Source: the human T2T-CHM13v2.0 reference genome, Homo sapiens
NCBI RefSeq assembly: GCF_009914755.1
Contig: NC_060928.1
DNA length: 64,000 nucleotides
Strand: one strand, 5' to 3'
In this document: positions 1-12,277 of the stretch, piece by piece
Numbering within the stretch: position 1 is the first letter of the stretch
Layout: the number at the start of each line of letters is the position of its first letter
Made by a program: the position numbers and the translations under genes
Notes under the pieces: generated by a model
Database searches by the model: none
Seen by the model: only the letters and a program-made list of their open reading frames with translations
What the model was told of the DNA's origin: nothing

Positions 1-50
1 GACAGAGCGAGCCTCCAACTCAAAAAAATAAATAAATAAATAAAAAATAA
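1..50 (+). mobile_element. Alu 3' end and A-rich tail (truncated by window edge)
   Basis: gacagagcgagcctccaactc followed by an (AAAT)n/A-rich tail matches the Alu right-arm terminus. Confidence 0.8.
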
Positions 51-54
51 GAAA

Positions 55-660
55 AGAATGAGAAGACATGAATAACCAATTTACCAATATTAGGAATGAA
101 AGAAGAGCCATGATTACAGATGCTTCAGGCATTAGAAGAATAATATTTTGACAACTTTATGACAATAAATTGGCAAACTGTACAAAATGGACAAACTTTT
201 TGCAAGGCACAGATTGCCAAAGATGAAAGGAGAAATAGAAAACTTGAGCAGCCTTTTATCAGCTAAAGGCATTAAATTTGTAAGTGAAAACTGACTCACA
301 AAGAAAACTTCAGGCCCAGGTGGCTTTTTGGTGAACTTTATACAATGAAGAAAGAAGTAATACCAATATTATCCTTTGAGAAAATCAAGAAGAAGGGAAT
401 ACGCTGCAACTTAAATAAGACCAGTGTTACCCTGATTCTAAACCAGAAAAATGTATCTAAATAAAATAGAACTACATACCAGTATCCCTCATAAATACGC
501 TGTAGACACAAAATCCTTAACAAAATAGCAAATCAAATCTAACAATATATGTTAAGGACAATATATTGTGACCAAGTGAAGTTTATTTAGAAATGCTAGG
601 TTGGTTTAAAATTTCAAAATCAATCATCAGTACGATACACCATATTAACAGAACAAAAAA
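55..660 (+). mobile_element. Old L1 (L1M-type) ORF2 fragment, decayed
   Basis: A-rich sequence with recognisable L1 ORF2 stretches (aaaatggacaaacttttt; caggcccaggtggc; ccagtatccctcataaatacgctgtagacacaaaatccttaacaaaatagcaaat; gaccaagtgaagtttatt; aatcaatca); no intact ORF. Confidence 0.8.
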
Positions 661-1625
661 GGAATATACCACACACACACCACACCACACCAAATGCGCA
701 CACACACACATATGCACGCACATGAGGTATAGACTGGTACGCCCTTTCAAGATCCTTAAAATTACACAAATTGTTTAATTAAGAAAATCTAATTCTAGGA
801 ATGGATTTTAGACTCTTGAGTGTAGGCAATGCTGTACGTGTGGGTTCTACACGTGTGTCTGGGAGGGGAGGCAGTAGTTGAGCCACATACTCTATTTAGT
901 TGGAGAGCTAATGCAAGTTTATCTCACTAGATCATTTGTGACATCTACGAGAGAAACAATATATTGCCACTCAAGTTGGCAAATGCCAGATGAAACAAAC
1001 TTATACATCGTTGGCAGGGAGTTCCCATGTACTTCTCTTAATTTTTGTGTTGCCTTATAAGTGTCATTTCACCATCCAAAGTTTAGGTGTTCTGGTTGTG
1101 AAGTAGTTATAATAACACCAATTTAATAATGAAATAAATGAATGTATTATTTATTTATTTTAAATATTTATGTCCCTAATTTTCAATGATGATTCCAATA
1201 ACAGTTACTTGGTTTTGGTCTTGTGCCATGTGTTTGAAAAGACAAATATCTCCACATATATTTTCTATTTGTTACCACTTGATACACTGTTCTTTATGTC
1301 AGCGGCACTAGTGTCTGCAGGACTTCTGAAAATGTTGCTGTCTTCCACTTGTTCAACCAGGAGCCAACTTCTAAAAGAATTCCATTTGCTATTCTGGTGT
1401 AATGACTCCTGTCATTTCACAGCTCTCCATAGCCCATGTCAGGGCTACTCAATCTTTATACAAATTGTTGACTTCCTGCCAACAGCAAAATACTCTAAAC
1501 CACTAAGTGCTCTGCTTCGTCCTCTCCCTACCACTAATCTCTACCCACTTGTTTTGATTTTGCAAAACCATTAATAACATTAAAAGTACTTCCTTGGAGG
1601 CTTCTGAACACAGCATAATAATAAT

Positions 1626-1924
<299 letters not shown>

Positions 1925-3139
1925 TCTTTTTAACTTTGCAACAATTTGAAATGTCTTACCATTGCTGTGCAATTTTTGGCTATATAATCAACCTCTCTGA
2001 GCTTTATTTCCATCAACAAATGGAGTAATACTGATCTGGAAGAATGTAAGGATGAAATAAAATAATAATTGGAAAACACTTATTACAGAGACTGGCAAAA
2101 TAAATGCTCAGTTAAAATACTCTCATCCTCTATCTTCCTTTTCCTTTAAACAGAGTATTTGGATTATAGAAATGGCGCTCAAAGACCATACTTTCAGATT
2201 CACTTGGAGCAAGTATTTCTCATGTCATTAGAAATGAGGATCAATATTATCTATTGAAAGCAATCTGTTGCTTTCATGGTAAAATAATACTATCAGTATA
2301 TCCAAGAATATCTATTCTCTTATTTATTTATTGTCTTGTTTGCTATACACTTATCAAGTTCACTAACATGGGTTTCACATCATTTAAAATTTAAAAAGCC
2401 CTGTATTTCATTTCTTGAATTATCAATTCTTTTAAGTGACTTTTCCGGTCTCTCTTGATTCTGGCTATTAAAGATTTCATAGACGCATCACAAACTGAAG
2501 TCTGTATGAGGCCCTTGCTGCTCATTACATCCAACAACCTCCGTTAGGTAAAGGATCAGTGGGCACATGTTCTCAACAGAGGATATGATAGGGAGCAAAT
2601 TTAGAGTAGCCATCTCTAAAGTCATATAAAATATTAAAGAAAAGACCTGAACCTTAACTTCATTTATGAGAGGAAAGACGTAAAGTTTTGATGAATACAT
2701 AGGAAACTTCTCATTGATACTTTTGAAAAGTGCAGATGTTTAAAAATTAGATCTTACATGAGAAAAATTAGAGCTGATAAATCAGAACAGCCTTGGTGAA
2801 CAGATTTGGTGAAAAATAACTACCTTCACCTTTTTTGTTGTTGTTGTTGTTAAATGTGTTTAATTGAATGAGTTACAAAGGGAGATACCAGATTCCTGAA
2901 CAGAAGGGTAACTCAGAACCCAAGAGATTGAAGAAATTATCCTGATTATAAAACTAGGAAAAACATGTCCCTTGGGCATTAGTACGTCTTGTGCATACTA
3001 AGTCTCTATTTATTATAGGTATAACCTCTCAAATTCATACCTAGGACCCTGTCCCTGTAAGACTCTGTCCCTAAAGCTATCCTTATTATGACTTCTAGCA
3101 GCCATCCTTCTAAGAGGTAGAATCTCTTAAAGCTGCCTT

Positions 3140-3159
3140 TGTGTGTGTGTGTGTGTGTG
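3140..3159. repeat. (TG)10 microsatellite
   Basis: Run of tg dinucleotides read directly. Confidence 0.9.
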
Positions 3160-4548
3160 CACATGTGTACTGGAGGTGATCACATATTTGAACTGTGATT
3201 TAAATGTAATATGTTTCTAAGCAGTGTCTTCCATATTCTAATTTCCCGCCTGTTAGCCTAGCTAGGATGCTTCATGAGTATGCTAAAGGAGGTTGATAAG
3301 AACTGCAGAGTAGTCATGAAACATCCCAGCAAGGCCAAACAACAAACAGAGGATGGGTTCAGTCTGATCATAAAACAGGATAACTCTATTGACAAGAGAC
3401 CTGAACCAGTCTCATGAGGAGGTTAGGCTGCAGTTTTAAAATTCCTCAGAAATCAACATTTTTCTTACAGGATCAGAAAGCCCTTCCAGCTATCTCAGGC
3501 ATCTTGGCCCTCTTACCTTTCCAGCTGTGGGTAACCACAGTCTTAGATAATGCTCCGGCTAGGGTAAGTTAAGAGGAAAATGGTCATGTTCAAAACAATC
3601 AAAGAGTAGAAACCCACGGAGGGTGGCTTGAGGGGTTCTCAGATGTTTCCTTAATCTACTTCCCTGAGGGGAAAAATCTGTGAAATCTTTCTCACAGACT
3701 GCCACTAAGTAAGAGTAAATGAAATCATGTATTTTCTTCTTGCATGTACTCAACTGTTTCTAAAGGAGTAAGCGAATCTTTTATGAGCAAACTGTTGAGT
3801 TTTCATTTCTCTACAAGGAAAGTTCTCAGCCACTGAATGCACTAAATACAAAGGGTTGAAGGGATTGTTAAATTGAATGCAAGTATTCATTCTAAGTGTT
3901 TTACATGAATTAACTTAGCCCTGTATAAAGGTAATTGCTAACATTACCCCTCTTCACAGAAGAATAAATCTGAGAAACAGATACATGATTTGCCTAAGAT
4001 CACACAACTAGTATTTGGTGGAGGGGTATAGTTATTTAGCCTGCAAGAAATCTACTGAAGCGTTATAAACTTTAAGGGACTTCATGTCTGTTTTATCAGC
4101 TGAAAAGGCAGTGAACATCTATTATTTTTCCCCATTGATATCTAGGTTTCCTTCCACTAATGATGATTTATTTGCCTTTATCAATATACGCAATGATGTG
4201 TGTATTCCCTTACAATGAATCCCATGTATCCATGGGATAAGTTTTATATTGAAATTAACAGAGACACCTAAGGTACTTTGGAAGCTCACTTTATCTTCGG
4301 CACTTTAAACTCATTGTTTGTCTTGCAGTTCCATTACTCAGACTTTTAACAACTTTCATTTGCAGATTTTGAAGTTTCATAGGATAAATCGTAAATTGTA
4401 CACATAGATTTAAAATGTTCTCCTTAGGAGTGCTTTCGTTTCTGGAAATTGCAGTAAAGCTGAGGATGAGCAAAAAAGGTAAAATATTTGTATACAAAGA
4501 GCATCACTGAGAATTTCTTGGAAGACTTAGGAGTTGTAAACTTTAGAT

Positions 4549-4743
4549 CAGTGATTCTCAACTGAGGATAATTTTGTCCCTCATTTGTCATACTGGGGAT
4601 TGTCATACTGGTGGGATGCCACTGGCATCTGGTGCATAGAGCCCATGCATGCTGCTACTCACCCTACAATGAAGAGGAAGGTCCCCCACAACAAATCACT
4701 ATCCATTCTCAAATGTCAATAGTGCCACTGTTGAGGAGCCTTG
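4549..4743 (+). mobile_element. MER20 (hAT-Charlie MITE)
   Basis: cagtgattctcaac start; actggcatctggtg, cccccacaacaaa, aaatgtcaatagtgcc motifs typical of MER20. Confidence 0.75.
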
Positions 4744-5329
4744 GATTAGAACAATAAAAGCTTTTTAAGGATACACTTTTATAAAGTACAGCTTTTGAAA
4801 AGTTTCTTAGACAAAGTATTTTCTATACAGTGTACTGAAGTGTGTGTAAACATATTGCAGATATATGTTTACTATGTATGATAAGAAATGTGTAGTCAGT
4901 ATTTGTGTGAGCATGTACACAAAAAGATTGAATTAAAAATACATTCTTTTGTGAACTACTTGGGAGAATCTATTTCTCCAGTGTATAAGTCTTTACATTC
5001 TTTTTATTTACAGGAAAATGTTTATTTACAGGATACAATGCTTAAACATAACGATATTCATTTTTTGTGTACATTTCTTACAGGACAGCACGCGTCTTAT
5101 TCTCCACTGTATCCCTCAGAAAACCCAGACCAGTTCTTTAGACACAGTAGAAATTAAATAAAGTATTGGATAAATGTATGGGAAGATGAATAAATTATAA
5201 CCTATGATTTTAAGTTTATGATATATTTCCATTTAGTCAATGTATGCTTTAAGTGAGATTCATCAGAAAGTCTGCTGAACAACCTTATCTAACATCAAAT
5301 TCGTGTTTTCATCTTTATATAAGGTAGAA

Positions 5330-5686
5330 CAGGAGTCTCAAAACCCTGGGCCATGGACCAGTACTGTTCTGTGGCCTGTTAACGACCAGGCTGCACAGCA
5401 GGTGGTGAGGGGCCTGCGAGCATGCATCACCACCTGATCTCCACCTTCTGTCAGATCGGCAGCAGCATTAGATTATCATAGGAGCACAAACCCTACTGGG
5501 AACGGTGCATGTAAGGGATCTAGTTTGCACAGTCCTTATGTGAATCTAATGCTTGATGATCTGGGGTGGAACAGCTTCATTCTGAAATCATCCGCATCCT
5601 CCTCACCCCACCCCCACACCCCAGTCCGTGGAAAAATTGTCTTCCATGAAACCAATCCCTGGTGCCAAAAAGTTTGGGGACCACTG
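5330..5686 (+). mobile_element. MER1B (hAT-Charlie), full length with 8-bp TSD
   Basis: Starts caggagtctcaaaacc, ends ggtgccaaaaagtttggggaccactg; perfect 8-bp TSD aggtagaa at 5322-5329 and 5687-5694. Confidence 0.9.
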
Positions 5687-6593
5687 AGGTAGAAAATAGG
5701 TTTTAAAGCTTTCTTGGATAAAGCCTATTTGGAGGACCTAATTCCAGATTTCAAGGGGCTGATTACGGCAAGCACATATAAGTGGCTCATTAGTTAGGAT
5801 CACTTGTTATAAAGATGCTATGGCCATCTATTTACACATAAATAAATATTCCTAAATATATAAATAATCTTATAATAATATAACCTGTGTCATTACGGCA
5901 ACTGGTCTTAAGGTAAAGCTTTGGAAATTTTATGTAAAATCACATGTACTTTGGCATAGATATTATTCTAAAGTGAGTGTATCAAGCAAATTTTATTGGA
6001 TCCAATATTGGGTCTGTGCCTCCCAAAAGGATAAGAATACCAAATGTTCTGTGGTAAAATAATGAGCATCAGTAAATATGAGGGCATAGCTAGGTTTTGG
6101 CACAAAGGAGAGTAGGCTAAATCCAATAGTTAAGAGCTTCCTGAGCACTGGAAGTTTCTAAAGGAGTGAAAGTGCAGAGATAAGGGGTGCCATCCAAAGT
6201 CAGGTGTCTTGTGAGGCATCCCATAATAAACCATAGTGGAGTCTAGTTTTCACTGAACAATACTATAATATTTTGTGGGAAAGTCATGGGCTAACCTAAC
6301 TTTCATTTAACGTGCATTCCTGGGAAACTTACAAAACTATCTAAGGCTAAGATTAAAACAAATTTTAAAACCTTCACCATTCTCTAAACCCATGACCATG
6401 AAAGACATTACTAATTAATCAAGGACTTTCTTGAACCAGATCTTCAGCTGCAAACCCCTGAATCATCAATTCACCAATGAATTAACTTGATTTCAACAAG
6501 AAGTTTCACGGTTACCAAGGAGGCAAGGCCCTTTCCACCTTTCCCACTGTCCAGCTCTCTATCCCAAGTCCGAACAGCAATCTCCAGCTAACT

Positions 6594-6770
6594 AATCTAA
6601 CTAATTCCTGATGATCTTAGATGAAAGACTTTCATCCCAAATCCATCCATCTCCCCCACTTCCCTCCTCCCGTCCATGGAAAAAATGTCTTCCATGAATC
6701 CGGTCCCTAGTGCCAAAAGATTGGGGACCACTAAGGTAGAAAATCGGTTTTAAAGCATTCTTGGATAAAG
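6594..6770 (+). repeat. Duplicated copy of MER1B 3' part plus its unique downstream flank
   Basis: aatctaactaattcctgatgatc...ggggaccacta|aggtagaaaatcggttttaaagcattcttggataaag parallels 5544-5723, including non-transposon flank. Confidence 0.85.
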
Positions 6771-8470
6771 TCCAACTAAGCACCGAGAGGTGTTCAGTTT
6801 CCAGCAACTGTGCGTTGAAGCCTCAATGTTCTCTTTTTTGGGTATCCATCTCATGAAGCAAATTCTTACAGGCAGCAATTGCTTTGAAAATTTTTTCAGT
6901 ATTTCTTAACCCGAGGTTTTTAAAATGTACTAAGAGTCTTCATAATTCGATCCTCCTCCACTTCCAACTTTCCATCTTTCAACCTGTTTCTTTGTATTTC
7001 TCCTGAGAAAAGTTACATTTTCTAGACATTCATCAGGGTATGGCCTCTTTACAGGACCAGTATGAGTCACTACATAAATTATACACGTATATATTTATAA
7101 ATTATCTAAAATCTAAATAAATGTTAAAAATATATTTATAAGTCTAGCCCTTTGAGCTTTGTCCTGAAATATTATTTTTAGGAGCCTGACAGTGTGTTTA
7201 TTTATTTAGCCAATGAATACGTTACCAATAAAGGTGAAACTGACTTTTCCCCTAAGGGGTTTGGTTTACCAGGAAAACGAACGTAAGTTGAGGATAGGGG
7301 TAGAATACAGGCCAGAATTTTGTTCTTGAAAGAGTAAGAGGACTTCTGGTTTTGAAAGCTAGAACTGAACTCAAGAATAATAAAGTGGAGATAACAGTAC
7401 ACATCTCGGTTTGGACAAAACGTAAGAGTGGACAGAATCAGGGAAGGCTGGCCTTCCTAAACATTGGAGCTTTCCAGGAGAGTCGGGGGAAAAGAGCACA
7501 GCTATGAAATCCTGTGAGAAATTCCAACAAACACCAGGAAAAAAGATACACTTCCTTGAGCAATATTACTCAACTCAGACTTATGTTTGATTCAGAATGA
7601 AAGAATTTTCTTTTCCAATAAATTAAATCATGATAATGGCATCTTTCATGAATTTAAAAATGTGTTAAATAGTATCAGCTATCTAGAACATAGTGAGGCG
7701 AACACTAAATCGGCATCCCTTGCAGTTTCCTTGGTTTCAGGAAAATCATTATTTGTGCTCAGCTAACTGGTCCCTTCCAGAGTTTTCATGCTAGACTCAA
7801 ATCTAAGTATTTATTATAAATATTATAAAATATAAATTATATTATATTTCGTATAATAATATGAAAAGGAAATTAAATGCTTCTCTTTTCTTCAACTCAG
7901 TCTCCGCCAAGGCAGGAAGAACTTTTAAGGTGGTGCGTTAGTTTAAGGAGAATCATAAACCATCAGGATTCTTTAATCTGGCTAAAGACAGGCTCTTTGT
8001 TTCTAACTTCTGATCACTAGCGCCCTCCTCGGGAAAAAAAAACACGACAGGTTTCTTCCACCAACAGGCTGCTCCCTGTTTCTGGTTCTCATAAAAGAGA
8101 AATAGAAGAGCTTTGGAAGCCAGTGGCAACGATCGAGGGGATTGCTAAAAGGGGGTGCTTCTTCCCACCAAGGACACTTTGGACGTATCTATGGATTTAT
8201 TTGGGTGCGTCCCAAAAATCCATAGCGACAAATCTCTTCTGGAAAATCAAGTCTTTTGGTTAGCAAAGGCATGGGGGAGTGACACCGTGGCACAAGGAGA
8301 GGGGAGAGAGAAGCTGGCTTTTGCACCCGCAGCTCAGGGCCCCAGACGCATCGCAGAGCCACGGGTGCCCACGAGCAGGGTCAGCTCTCGGGGGCCCTCT
8401 TCCGCAGCCCAGACCCGGGACAGGAAGTGAGGGAGCAGAGACAGATCCCGGGGATGCGCGCGCTCGGTAC

Positions 8471-8605
8471 CCGGAAGGCGGCGGCTTCACGCTCGCGGCT
8501 CCGCGGCCAGGTCGGGGTGAAGGGGGCGCGGGAGTCCGCATCGCCGCCGCCCCGGCACAGCAGCCACAGCAGCCACGGCAGCCACGGCAGCGCCCGCACG
8601 TCCAT
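8471..8605 (-). CDS. CTSO: Cathepsin O coding exon 1 (signal peptide and start of propeptide, 45 codons); gene continues beyond window start
   Basis: Translates to MDVRALPWLPWLLWLLCRGGGDADSRAPFTPTWPRSREREAAAFR, which I recognise as the human cathepsin O N-terminus; strong Kozak (gcaATGg); phase-0 donor CGG|GTACCG at 8471/8470; in CpG island. Confidence 0.95.
8556..8591 (-). repeat. 4 x 9-bp tandem repeat in CTSO signal-peptide coding sequence
   Basis: Plus strand cacagcagc cacagcagc cacggcagc cacggcagc, encoding LPW-LPW-LLW-LLC. Confidence 0.9.
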
Positions 8606-8760
8606 TGCGGCGCCCGGCTCCTCTGCCGCCCGCGCGGCCTGTTTTCTCTTTCGGTTCCTCGGCTCCTCCCAGCCTGGGCTCGAGGGGCGGAAGGAGCTGG
8701 GTTGAGTGCACGATGCTGAGATTGACCCTTTTTTAGGTCCCCGGTGTTCTGTGACTGAAA
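8606..8760 (-). promoter_or_regulatory. CTSO 5'UTR and TATA-less proximal promoter
   Basis: Immediately upstream of the ATG; GC box ggggcgg (8684-8690) overlapping an ETS-type cggaag (8688-8693); no TATA box; TSS cannot be fixed from sequence. Confidence 0.65.
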
Positions 8761-8918
8761 ATCCGGTCAGCTGGAGGCTACGGACCTGCTTGCTGAGGCT
8801 AGTTTTTTTGTTTTTGTTTTTGTTTTGGAAGAGTCAGGCACTTGACCATGTGATTTCGAGGTTTCACTTCCATCCATTAGAAAAAAAGAAGCCTGAGAGT
8901 CATTCTTTTGTGTGTGTT

Positions 8919-9149
8919 GAGATCAGGTCTCACTGCAGCCTCGACCTTCAGGTTCAAGTGCCTCCTGCCTCAGCCTCCGGAGTACCTGGGACTACAGGCG
9001 CGTGCCACCACCCCAGGCTATTTTTGTATTTTTAGTAGAGATAGGATCTTGACATATTGCCCAGGCCGGTCTCGAACTCCTGGACTCTAGTGATCCACCC
9101 GCCTTGGCCTCCCAAAATGCTCACAGGTGTGAGCCACCTGGCCTGCCCT
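8919..9149 (-). mobile_element. Alu (AluJ-like) with internal deletion
   Basis: Alu body; ggtctcactgcagcc shows collapse between two ctcact motifs. Confidence 0.85.
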
Positions 9150-9367
9150 GTGAGCCACCGGAAGCTGCCTTTTTCCTTCTTGCCACAATCCCTAAGTTCA
9201 AGACCTAGTTCTGAAGTGATGTGGGCCAATACATAGAGTCATCCATTCAGCAGATGTTTATAAATACGTAACAAAATTGTACAGATGTGAAAAGCATACA
9301 CAGTTTTTGGATCTATTATGGCAGTTTCAAAACTCTTGAAGCCTGTTTCTCCGTTTGCAAAGGAAGA

Positions 9368-9535
9368 TAGAGCCAAGTACATAATTTGCAGGGTTCCGTG
9401 TAAACTGAAAATGAAGTTCCCTTGTTCATAAATTGTGAAGAATTTCAAGACGGCAACAGCAGAGCATTAACCCAAGCCATGGGCCTTCTAAGCACCCACT
9501 TCTGCACAGGTCACACACTCATGAACCTGGCTCTA
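9368..9535 (+). mobile_element. MER45A (hAT-Tip100 MITE)
   Basis: tacataatttgcaggg...aaaatgaagttcccttgttca...gaatttcaagacggcaacagcagagcattaa...ctgcacaggtcacacactcatgaacctggc. Confidence 0.75.
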
Positions 9536-10047
9536 CCGAGCCTTTCTATTATAATCTATTCTGAACAAGGCTTCCATGTCTGTGAAATTCATATCATTAC
9601 CCTTGTAGATTTTTAGAACTAACATCAGATTTATGTCTTTAGTTTTTACCTAGGTGCAGTGAGTTACAATATTCTCCAATGCAAACTTCGTAATAAAAAT
9701 AAAAATAATGTTCCGAGTATTAAGAGGAAAGACACAAGAGTTTTTTATGTACGTTCATGATAAGATATATTGCTCTTGGCAAGTGTGGTGATAAAGATTT
9801 TATTTAAATCATAAGTTCACAGAACGATGTTCATGTTTACCTCAGCAGTTCTTTTGTACTTAGCCCTTTTTTGTGACTCATACAAGCACATACTTTTCTT
9901 TTTAAACTGAACTTTGCTTTCAGATCATAGTCCCTGTTTATTGACAACCTACGGAGTCAGGAAATTTAAATATAGGCAGTCATCTTTACTTTAGGATAAT
10001 TGGTATTGTAAAAAAGCCCCTTGAACTAAACTCATTTCAGGAGCTCA

Positions 10048-11060
10048 CATCAAGTATTTATTGAGTACCTGCTAAGTGTCAGGCATTCTTCTAGGTAATG
10101 AGGATATATCAAGTAAGTGGATAAGTGACTAAAGGGATGAAAATCCCCATCCCTATGGGACTGATATTTCAATTGATTTACATCAACAAATATTTTATTG
10201 AGTACTTCCTAAGTGTCAGGCATTGTTCTAGGTCATCAGGACACATCATGGATGGAAGTGCATAAGTGACTGAAGAGATGAAAAGCCCCACCCTGTTGAA
10301 GCTGGTATTTCAGTGAGGGGGAGAGACGCAATAAAATTACTACAGGTTGAGGATCCCTTATCCACAATGCCTGGGTCTGGAAGTGTTTCAGATTTCAGAT
10401 TTTTTCCCCCCAGATTTTGGAATATTTGCATATACATAATGAGATCTCTTGGGGATGAGACCCAAGTCTAAACACAAAATTCATTTGTGTTTCACTTATG
10501 CTACTGACTGAAGGTAATCTTACTGACTATTTTAGGTAATTTTATGCATAAAACAAGGCTTTGAATGCATTTTGACTATGACCCACCACATGAAGTCAGG
10601 TGTGAAATTTTCTAGGTGTGGCATGATGTCAGTACTCAATAAGTTTTAGATTTTGGAGTATTTTGGGTGTTTGGATTAGAGATGCTCAACTTGTACATGT
10701 GTTAAAGGACAATAAATCCAGATAAGGAGCATCATCAGTGTGAGGGGTGGTACTGCTATTTTAAATAAGCTGTTCAACACTGTCCTCACTGATGAGGAGA
10801 GTTTTGAGCAAAGATTTGAAGGAGAAGAAAGTGAGCCACATGGATATTCAGATATCCAGGGAAAGAGAAGCTAAGACAGAAAGAACTGTCAACACAAAGG
10901 CCTTGAGATGGAAGTTTGCTTGGCACGTTCCAGAAACATAAAAGACGTCAGCATGGATGGAGTAAAGGAAAAAAAAAAGGATGGGGGAGAGTAGAATATG
11001 AGATAAGTAAGAAGCGCACAGATTGTGAAGAATTTTGGGTCAGTTAAAAGGGAGATCAGA
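10048..11060 (-). mobile_element. L2 3' region with tandemly duplicated terminus, interrupted by Tigger4b
   Basis: tatttattgagtacct...aagtgtcaggcatt...ctagg L2 terminus present twice; later tttgagcaaagatttgaaggag...aaaggccttgag. Confidence 0.7.
10343..10693 (+). mobile_element. Tigger4b/MER46-type MITE with TA TSD
   Basis: TA|caggttgaggatcccttatcc ... gatgctcaacttg|TA terminal inverted repeats. Confidence 0.85.
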
Positions 11061-11225
11061 ATCATCTATTAAGTAGTAAAACAAAGTTTTTGAAAAGTGG
11101 CTTGAAAAGTGAAGGTGGCAAGTATCTGCTAATTCTTAGAATAAACACTACAAATTACATGTATATGTAGAGATGTGTTTTTTTCATCAAATTTGCAAAA
11201 TAGCACATGGAACTTCCCTCAACTC

Positions 11226-11745
11226 TGTATTAGATATCTATTGCCATGTAAAATATAACCCTCAAACTTAGCATCTTAAAAATACGAATTTTTCTTATCT
11301 TAAACAGTTTCTGTGGACCAGGAGGGAGCAGCTTATCTGGGTGGTTCCAGCTCAGAGTGTCTCATGAGGACGCAGACAAGCTGTTGCATATGGCTGCAAT
11401 CTTCTGAAGGTTTCCCAAGTTTAAAGGATTCAATTTCAAGCTCATGTGGCTGTTAGCAAGAGTCCTCAGCTCCTCTTAGGCCTTTGGACAAAATCCTCAG
11501 AACCTTATCAGAAGGCTGGGCTTTTCCTGCCAGCTCTTTGTTCCTGCAGAATGAGTGAATAGAGAAATTGAGACAGTGGACCAGGGAATGACTGAGGTGG
11601 GAGCAGCAGTGTCTTTTTATAACCTTATCTTGAAACATATCATCTCTTCTGCCATTGGTTACACAGAGCCAGTCTGGTAAGATGTGGGAGGTGGAGCTGA
11701 CATAAGGTGGGGTCATCAGGTGCCATCTTGGAGGCCCGCTACCAC
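11226..11745 (-). mobile_element. MaLR LTR (MLT1F-like)
   Basis: tgtattagatatctattgc...aaacttagcatcttaaaa...gccatcttggaggcccgctaccaca. Confidence 0.7.
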
Positions 11746-11989
11746 AGCCTCATGTTGAATGTTATAAGCCCAGTAACAAATGCAGTCATTTCTTTATGTG
11801 TGAAAATACTCCAGAGCTAACCATTTTCACAAATACCTCTTAACCTTTATGATACACAAATCAATATTTACTGTTGTTTTTATCCCGTTATGCACCTTCT
11901 GGGTTTTCTTCCATTTTTAATCATGCTACTTCATGTTTCAGTGACTTTGCTACGGAATTATTTTGTTTCTTTGTTTTTTTTTTTTTACC

Positions 11990-12277
11990 TTTTTTTTGTT
12001 TGTTTGTTTGTTTGTTTTGTTTTGTTTTGAGATGGAGTATCTCTCTTGCTCAGGCTGGAGTGCAGTGGCACGATCTCGGCTCATTGCAGCCTCAGCCTCC
12101 CAGGTAGCTGGGATTACAGGCAAGTGCCACCACGCCCAGCTAATTTTTTGTATTTTTAGTAGAGACGAAGTTTCACCATGTTGGCAAGGCTGGTCTCAAA
12201 CAACTGACCTCAGGTGATCTGCCCGCCTCAGCCTCCCAAAGTGTTAGGATTACAGGTGTGAGCCACCGCACCCAGCC
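11990..12277 (-). mobile_element. Alu (AluS-like) with small internal deletion
   Basis: Alu body with (TTTG)n tail; gcagcctcagcctcccaggtagctggg lacks roughly 30 nt. Confidence 0.9.

Larger units (their letters stand above)
8260..8720. promoter_or_regulatory. CpG island over CTSO exon 1 and promoter
   Basis: Sharp rise in GC and CpG density against the AT-rich background; overlaps the first coding exon. Confidence 0.9.

Noticed and set aside
1170-1574. 134-aa ORF
   Set aside because: Antisense within the CTSO intron, with composition typical of random AT-rich DNA and no homology I recognise.
8019-8033. Possible CTCF-like motif (agcgccctcctcggg)
   Set aside because: Several mismatches to the core consensus; not supportable without ChIP data.
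8381-8470. ORF-track extension of CTSO exon 1 (VPSARIPG...)
   Set aside because: Read-through past the GT donor at 8470 into intron 1; it does not match the cathepsin O sequence I recall.
8279-8719. 146-aa plus-strand ORF and other ORFs overlapping the CpG island
   Set aside because: The longest has a non-ATG start, and GC-rich DNA lacks stop codons; these are shadows of CTSO exon 1 with no recognisable domain.
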